Source: an uncultured Porphyromonadaceae bacterium
Lineage (GTDB): Bacteria; Bacteroidota; Bacteroidia; Bacteroidales; Muribaculaceae
Direction: 5' to 3'
Assembly: GCA_947176585.1 (NCBI GenBank)
Contig: CAMWRI010000001.1
Span: 1-51,968 of the forward strand
Length of the DNA: 51,968 bases
This document shows positions 46,338-51,968 of the stretch, in pieces. Under the pieces are notes generated by a model, which saw only the letters and a list, made by a program, of their open reading frames with translations, had not been told where the DNA came from and did no database searches. Within the stretch, counting starts at the first letter, position 1; every line of letters begins with the position of its first letter. The translations under genes were made by a program, and so were the position numbers.

Positions 46338-47456
46338 ATGAAGCACACGATTCTTACTATACTTTCCGCGGTTGCAGCACTGAGTGCTGCAGCGCAGGTG
46401 CCCACCCTCAACGACACTCCGCTGAAGGAAGTCTTCGGCGATAAATTCAAGGTGGGCGTAGCCATCAACAACTTCCAGGCCCATGAAACAGACACCAAGG
46501 GTGCCGAGGTGGTCAAGCATCACTTCAACAGCATCGTGGCCGAAAACGTGATGAAAAACGAGAAGATACACCCCGAGAAGGGCGTGTACTTCTGGGACGA
46601 TGCCGATGCATTCGTGAAATTCGGCGAAGACAACGGCATGGACATCATCGGCCACTGCCTGGTGTGGCACAGCCAGCTTGCTCCCTGGTTTCTCGTGGAC
46701 GACGAGGGCAAATATGTGAGTGCCGATACCCTCAAGGCACGCCTGCGCGACCACATCCACACCGTGGTGGGGCGCTACAAAGGCCGCGTGCGCGGCTGGG
46801 ACGTGGTGAACGAGGCTATCGTGGAAGACGGCTCATACCGCAAGAGCCCCCTCTATCAGATTCTGGGCGAGGAATTCATTCCGCTGGCGTTCCAGTATGC
46901 CCACGAGGCCGACCCAGATGCCGAACTCTACTATAACGACTACGGCATGAACGTGGCCGGACGCCGCGATGCCGTGGTGCGCCTGGTGGGCGAGCTCAAG
47001 AAGCGCGGCCTGCGCATCGACGGCATAGGCATGCAGGGCCACATGGGCATGGACTACCCCGACTTTGAAGAATTCGAGCAGGCAATCGACGCTTTTGCCG
47101 GCACCGGCTGCAAGGTGATGATCACCGAATGGGACATGAGCGCGCTGCCCACGCTGCACCGCTCGGCCAATGTGGCCGACGTTGTGGCATTCCGCAAGGC
47201 CATGAATCCCTATCCCGACGGGCTGCCCGCTGATGTGGCCGCCGAGTGGAACAGCCGCATGGACGCCTTCTACAGCCTCTTCCTGCGCCACGCCGATCAG
47301 ATCGACCGCGTGACGGCATGGGGTGTGAGCGACGGCGACTCATGGAAAAACGGCTGGCCCATGCGTGGCCGAGTGGAATATCCGCTGCTCTTCGATCGCA
47401 ACTACGAGATGAAACCCTTCCTGAAAAAACTCACCGAATACCATAAGAACAAATAA
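46338..47456 (+). CDS. xynA: Periplasmic GH10 endo-1,4-beta-xylanase
   Basis: Signal peptide; ENVMK, GHCLVWHSQ, WDVVNE, YYNDY, IDGIGMQGH, ITEWD, RVTAWG. Confidence 0.95.
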   Translation: MKHTILTILSAVAALSAAAQVPTLNDTPLKEVFGDKFKVGVAINNFQAHETDTKGAEVVKHHFNSIVAENVMKNEKIHPEKGVYFWDDADAFVKFGEDNGMDIIGHCLVWHSQLAPWFLVDDEGKYVSADTLKARLRDHIHTVVGRYKGRVRGWDVVNEAIVEDGSYRKSPLYQILGEEFIPLAFQYAHEADPDAELYYNDYGMNVAGRRDAVVRLVGELKKRGLRIDGIGMQGHMGMDYPDFEEFEQAIDAFAGTGCKVMITEWDMSALPTLHRSANVADVVAFRKAMNPYPDGLPADVAAEWNSRMDAFYSLFLRHADQIDRVTAWGVSDGDSWKNGWPMRGRVEYPLLFDRNYEMKPFLKKLTEYHKNK

Positions 47457-48434
47457 ATGAAACGCTATCTTTTCCCCGACGACTATATGGCCGATCCGAG
47501 TGCCCACGTGTTCAACGGCCGCATCTATATCTATCCTTCCCACGACTGGGAATGCGAGAACGTAGAGAACGACAACGGCGACCAGTATGTGATGAAAGAC
47601 ATGCACGTGCTCTCGATCGACGGCGACCCCATGACCGGCAAGGTGACCGACCACGGCAAGGCTCTCGACATCGCCGATGTGCCCTGGGCAGGACGTCAGC
47701 TCTGGGACTGCGACTGCGCCGAGAAGGACGGCAAATACTACCTCTATTTCCCGCTCAAGGATAAGAACGACATCTTCCGCATAGGCGTGGCCGTGGCCGA
47801 CCGTCCCGAAGGTCCTTTCGTGGCTGAGCCCGATCCCATCCGCGGCAGCTACTCGATGGACATCTGTGTGCTCCACGACGATACCGACGGCGAGTATTAC
47901 CTCTACTTCGGCGGTCTCTGGGGCGGCCAGCTCCAGCGCTACCGCGACAACAAGGCTCTCGAGGCCGCCTATCTGCCCGAAGGCGCCGAGCCCTCGCTGC
48001 CCAGCCGCTGTGTGCGCCTGAGCAAGGATATGCTTCAGTTTGCCGAGGAACCCCGTCCCGTTCAGGTGGTGGATGCCGAGGGCAAGCCCCTGCGCGCCGA
48101 TGATCCGCACCGCTTCTTCGAGGCTTCCTGGGTGCACAAGTACAACGGCAAATACTACTTCTCCTATTCCACCGGCGACAGCCATCTGCTGTGCTACGCC
48201 GTCGGCGACAACCCTTACGGACCCTTCACCTATCAGGGTGTGATCCTCACCCCCGTGACAGGCTGGACCACACACCACTGCATCATCGAATACGATGGCA
48301 AGTGGTATCTTTTCCACCACGACAGCAAGCCCTCCGGCGGCAAGTCGTGGCTGCGCAGCCTCAAGGTGTGCGAACTCACCTACGACGAAAACGGCCATAT
48401 CCACACCATCGACGGCGAGGGCAACGGCGAATGA
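47457..48434 (+). CDS. xynB: GH43_1 beta-xylosidase/arabinosidase (no signal peptide)
   Basis: YMADPSAHVFNGRIYIYPSHD, YFGGLWGGQLQ, RFFEASW, GWTTHH. Confidence 0.93.
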   Translation: MKRYLFPDDYMADPSAHVFNGRIYIYPSHDWECENVENDNGDQYVMKDMHVLSIDGDPMTGKVTDHGKALDIADVPWAGRQLWDCDCAEKDGKYYLYFPLKDKNDIFRIGVAVADRPEGPFVAEPDPIRGSYSMDICVLHDDTDGEYYLYFGGLWGGQLQRYRDNKALEAAYLPEGAEPSLPSRCVRLSKDMLQFAEEPRPVQVVDAEGKPLRADDPHRFFEASWVHKYNGKYYFSYSTGDSHLLCYAVGDNPYGPFTYQGVILTPVTGWTTHHCIIEYDGKWYLFHHDSKPSGGKSWLRSLKVCELTYDENGHIHTIDGEGNGE

Positions 48435-50383
48435 AGCGCTATACATTAATATATATTATAGCCTCTTTCCTGCTCGCCGCTTGCGGCAGGCAGGAAACCA
48501 CAGCCGTGGCCGGAACCTCCATAGTGTATCCCGGCGAGCTTGAGATGCTTATCGACAGCACCGACACCGCCTTCACGTCGCCCGAAGGCTTCCGCATAAG
48601 CCGCAAGGCAGGAGGGCCGGTGCGGGTGACCTCGCCGAGCGATGCCGGACTCAGATACGGTGCATGGCATCTCATGCGCATGCACGCCATGGGTGCCGAC
48701 ACTGTGGGTTGCGACGTTGTGGAGAATCCCGCCTACGCATTGCGCCTGCTCAACCACTGGGACAACCTCGACGGCACCGTGGAGCGCGGCTACGCCGGCA
48801 GCAGTATCTGGAAATGGGACGAGCTGCCGGGCAAGATATCGCCGCTCTACGCCGAGTATGCCGAGCGTTGCGCTCAGGTGGGTATCAACGGCGTGGTGCT
48901 CAACAACGTGAACGCCTCGCCCCGCATTCTATCGGGCGAGTATATCGCCAGAGTGAAAACGCTGGCCGATGTGCTTCGTGAGTATGGCATCCGCACCTAC
49001 CTCTCGGTGAACTTCGCATCGCCGGTGGCGCTCGACAGCCTCGCCACCGCTGACCCTGCCGATGCCGCCGTGCGGCAGTGGTGGAAAGACAAGGCGGATG
49101 AAATTTACGCCGCCATCCCCGACTTCGGCGGTTTCCTCGTGAAAGCCAACAGCGAGGGACAGCCCGGTCCCTGCGACTACGGACGCACCCATGCTGAGGG
49201 CGCCAATATGCTGGCCGAGGCCCTCGCGCCCCACGGAGGAATAGTGATGTGGCGAGCCTTCGTCTACTCTCCCGCCGATGCCGATCGCGCCAAGCAGGCC
49301 TACCTCGAATTCAAGCCCCTTGATGGCGAATTCGCTCCCAACGTTATTCTCCAGGTCAAGAACGGCCCCGTGGATTTTCAACCGCGCGAGCCCTACAGTC
49401 CGCTTTTCGGTGCTATGGAACACACCCCCGAAATGGTGGAATTACAGATCACTCAGGAATACCTGGGCCACAGCAATCACCTCGCATATCTGGCACCCAT
49501 GTGGAGCGAATTTTTCGACTATGTGGAGCCTGCGTCGCTCGCGGCTGTCGCAGGCGTTGCTAATATCGGCGATGTGCCCGGCATGACCGGCCACCCCTTT
49601 GCCGACGCCAATCTCTATGCGTTCGGCCGTATGGCGTGGAATCCCTCGCTCACACCGGCCGAGATTGCCGACGAATGGATGGCCACGCGGCTTTTTGCCG
49701 ATTCCCCGGCCACGGTGCCCGACAGCGTGCGGGCCGCCGTTCGTTCCATGATGCTTGGCTCGCGTGAGGCCGTGGTGGACTATATGATGCCGCTGGGACT
49801 TCACCATATCTTCGCCTTCGGCCACCACTACGGCCCCGAACCGTGGTGCGATGTGCCGGGAGCACGTGCCGACTGGCTTCCGCGCTACTACCACCGCGCC
49901 GATAAGGCCGGCCTGGGCTTCGATCGCAGCCACACCGGCAGCAATGCCGTGGCGCAGTACCCCGACAGCCTTGCCGCCCTGCTCGATGATGCGGACACGT
50001 GTCCCGAGCAATTCCTGCTGTGGTTCCACCATGTGCCCTGGGATCACCGCATGAAATCAGGGCGCACCATGTGGGACGAATTGTGCGTGGCCTACGACCG
50101 CGGTGTCCGCACGGTCGACGGCTATCCCGCGCTCTGGGCCAAGGCCCGCCCCTACGTGCCTGCTGCCGTCTACGACGAGGTGGCCCGCAAGCTCGACGTG
50201 CAGGCCCGCGATGCCCGCTGGTGGCGTGATGCCTGCGTGCAGTATTTCGGCACATTCTCGGGCATGCCCGTGCCGGAGGGACTGGAGCAGCCCGGCACGC
50301 CGCTCGATTCGCTCATGCGTGTGAAGTTGCCCCTGAGCAACTACGAATGTCCCTCGGATTCTCTTTTGAATATCTATAGATAA
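48431..50383 (+). CDS. GH67 alpha-glucuronidase (lipoprotein signal)
   Basis: Start MKRYTLIY at 48431 overlaps the xynB stop (ATGA); RLLNHWDNLDGTVERGYAG, NNVNA, KANSEGQPGP, KNGPVDFQPREP, QITQEYLG. Confidence 0.94.
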   Translation: MKRYTLIYIIASFLLAACGRQETTAVAGTSIVYPGELEMLIDSTDTAFTSPEGFRISRKAGGPVRVTSPSDAGLRYGAWHLMRMHAMGADTVGCDVVENPAYALRLLNHWDNLDGTVERGYAGSSIWKWDELPGKISPLYAEYAERCAQVGINGVVLNNVNASPRILSGEYIARVKTLADVLREYGIRTYLSVNFASPVALDSLATADPADAAVRQWWKDKADEIYAAIPDFGGFLVKANSEGQPGPCDYGRTHAEGANMLAEALAPHGGIVMWRAFVYSPADADRAKQAYLEFKPLDGEFAPNVILQVKNGPVDFQPREPYSPLFGAMEHTPEMVELQITQEYLGHSNHLAYLAPMWSEFFDYVEPASLAAVAGVANIGDVPGMTGHPFADANLYAFGRMAWNPSLTPAEIADEWMATRLFADSPATVPDSVRAAVRSMMLGSREAVVDYMMPLGLHHIFAFGHHYGPEPWCDVPGARADWLPRYYHRADKAGLGFDRSHTGSNAVAQYPDSLAALLDDADTCPEQFLLWFHHVPWDHRMKSGRTMWDELCVAYDRGVRTVDGYPALWAKARPYVPAAVYDEVARKLDVQARDARWWRDACVQYFGTFSGMPVPEGLEQPGTPLDSLMRVKLPLSNYECPSDSLLNIYR

Positions 50384-50405
50384 ACTTATAAATCAACACA
50401 TTGCA

Positions 50406-51884
50406 ATGTATTTATTAGGTTATGACATAGGCACTTCTTCCGTCAAGGCTTCGCTTGTCGATGCCAAGACGGGCCGTGCCGTCGCCTCCGACTTCTTCCC
50501 CAAACAGGAAGCACCCATCAAGGCTCTCCAGAACGGCTGGGCCGAACAGAACCCCGACAGCTGGTGGCAGTATCTCAAGGAAGCCACGGCAGCAGTCGTG
50601 GGCAAAGCCGGCATCAACCCCGCCGACATCGCCGCCATCGGCTTCTCGTATCAGATGCACGGCCTTGTGTGTGTCGACAGCGAGGGCAAGCCCCTGCGCG
50701 ATTCCATTATCTGGTGCGACAGCCGTGCGGTGCCCTATGGTCGCGAGGCATTCGACACTCTCGGCCACGAGCAGTGTCTGAGCCATCTGCTCAACTCGCC
50801 CGGCAACTTCACCGCCGCCAAGCTGGCATGGGTGAAGGAAAATGAGCCCGAGGTGTTCGCACGCATCCACAAGATCATGCTGCCGGCGGATTATATCGCT
50901 ATGCGTATGACCGGAGAACTCGTGACCAACCCCGAAGGCCTCTCCGAGATGATGCTCTGGGATTTCAAGACCAATGCTCCGGCCGCATTCCTCATGGACT
51001 ACTTCGGCTTCCAGACCGAAATTCTGCCCGAGGTGCGCAGCACATTCTGCGAGCAGGGCCGTCTCACTCCCGAAGCCGCCGCCGAGCTGGGTCTCGCTCC
51101 CGGCATCCCCGTGACCTATCGTGCAGGTGATCAGCCCAACAACGCACTGTCGCTCAATGTGTTCGAGCCGGGTGAGATAGCGTCCACCGCAGGCACCTCC
51201 GGCGTAGTGTACGGCGTGAACGGCACAGTGGACTACGACCCGCTCTCGCGCGTCAACAACTTCGCCCATGTGAACCACACCGCCGAGGCGCCCCGTATCG
51301 GCGTGCTCACGTGCATCAACGGCACCGGCATCCTCAATTCCTGGGTGAAGCGCAACGTGGCTCCCGCCGGCATCAGCTACGATGATATGAACAAGCTCGC
51401 CGCCGAGGTGCCCGTGGGTGCCCTGGGCCTGAGCATCATGCCCTTCGGCAACGGCGCCGAACGCCTTCTCGAGAACGCCGACCCCGGTTGCAGCATCCAC
51501 GGCCTTAACTTCAACACCCACGACCGCCGCCACATCATCCGCGCGGCTCAGGAGGGTATCGTATTCGCCTTCATGTACGGCATCGAGATCATGAAGGGCC
51601 TGGGCCTGGACGTCACCAAGATCCACGCCGGCAACGCCAATATGTTCCTCAGCCCCGTGTTCCGCCAGACGCTGGCCGACGTGAGCGGCGCCACCATCGA
51701 GCTCTACGACACCGACGGCAGCGTGGGCGCAGCCAAGGGCGCAGGCATAGGCGCAGGCATCTACAAGGACCGTGACGAGGCTTTCGCATCGCTCGAGCTT
51801 CTCGGCACCGTGGAGCCCGACCCGGCCACGCGCCCCGCCGTGCTCAAGGCCTACGAGCTTTGGAAGAGTCGTCTCAATAAATAA
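50406..51884 (+). CDS. xylB: Xylulokinase
   Basis: LLGYDIGTSSVK, YQMHG, IIWCDSR, AGDQ, GTSG; FGGY family, directly upstream of xylA. Confidence 0.92.
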   Translation: MYLLGYDIGTSSVKASLVDAKTGRAVASDFFPKQEAPIKALQNGWAEQNPDSWWQYLKEATAAVVGKAGINPADIAAIGFSYQMHGLVCVDSEGKPLRDSIIWCDSRAVPYGREAFDTLGHEQCLSHLLNSPGNFTAAKLAWVKENEPEVFARIHKIMLPADYIAMRMTGELVTNPEGLSEMMLWDFKTNAPAAFLMDYFGFQTEILPEVRSTFCEQGRLTPEAAAELGLAPGIPVTYRAGDQPNNALSLNVFEPGEIASTAGTSGVVYGVNGTVDYDPLSRVNNFAHVNHTAEAPRIGVLTCINGTGILNSWVKRNVAPAGISYDDMNKLAAEVPVGALGLSIMPFGNGAERLLENADPGCSIHGLNFNTHDRRHIIRAAQEGIVFAFMYGIEIMKGLGLDVTKIHAGNANMFLSPVFRQTLADVSGATIELYDTDGSVGAAKGAGIGAGIYKDRDEAFASLELLGTVEPDPATRPAVLKAYELWKSRLNK

Positions 51885-51928
51885 AAAAACCAACAAATTA
51901 ACCAATATCTTATAAACCTTATACGACA

Positions 51929-51968
51929 ATGGCAAAAGAATATTTTCCCGAGATCGGTAAAATCAAGT
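51929..51968 (+). CDS. xylA: Xylose isomerase, 5' end only
   Basis: ATG GCA AAA GAA TAT TTT CCC GAG ATC GGT AAA ATC AAG = MAKEYFPEIGKIK, the class II XylA N-terminus. Confidence 0.85.
   Translation, partial: MAKEYFPEIGKIK

Overview
GC-rich Bacteroidales chromosomal window. TAnnTTTG promoters and susC/susD genes support the order, and the high GC suggests Muribaculaceae (inferred). The left ~19 kb is all on the minus strand: gdhA, a redox-inactive TlpA-like gene, pdxB, a THUMP rRNA methyltransferase, YfhO, tRNA-Arg(CCU), two paralogous secreted PEGA-like genes behind a ~380-nt structured leader, a short ComEC, a YeiH-type exporter, aroE, and a TolC-HlyD-two-permease efflux operon with no ATPase. 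The right ~32 kb is a complete xylan PUL. Its minus arm is GH43-susC-susD-susC-susD-lipoprotein-GH10 (CBM-interrupted). A hybrid two-component regulator (HTCS) sits in the middle. Its plus arm is GH115-GH35-esterase-GPH transporter-GH10-GH43_1-GH67-xylB-xylA(partial). The strongest signals not explained by gene calls are: (1) the structured leader or large ncRNA with alternative pairings plus its PEGA-like gene pair; (2) a GTTAC-N16-GTTAC operator 36-37 bp upstream of TAnnTTTG at three PUL promoters, one overlapping the end of the GH115 gene; (3) a ~70-nt promoter-to-terminator sRNA candidate; (4) an apparently circularly permuted CBM and a foreign-codon patch in the surface GH10. All product calls come from motif recognition by eye; no database search was run.
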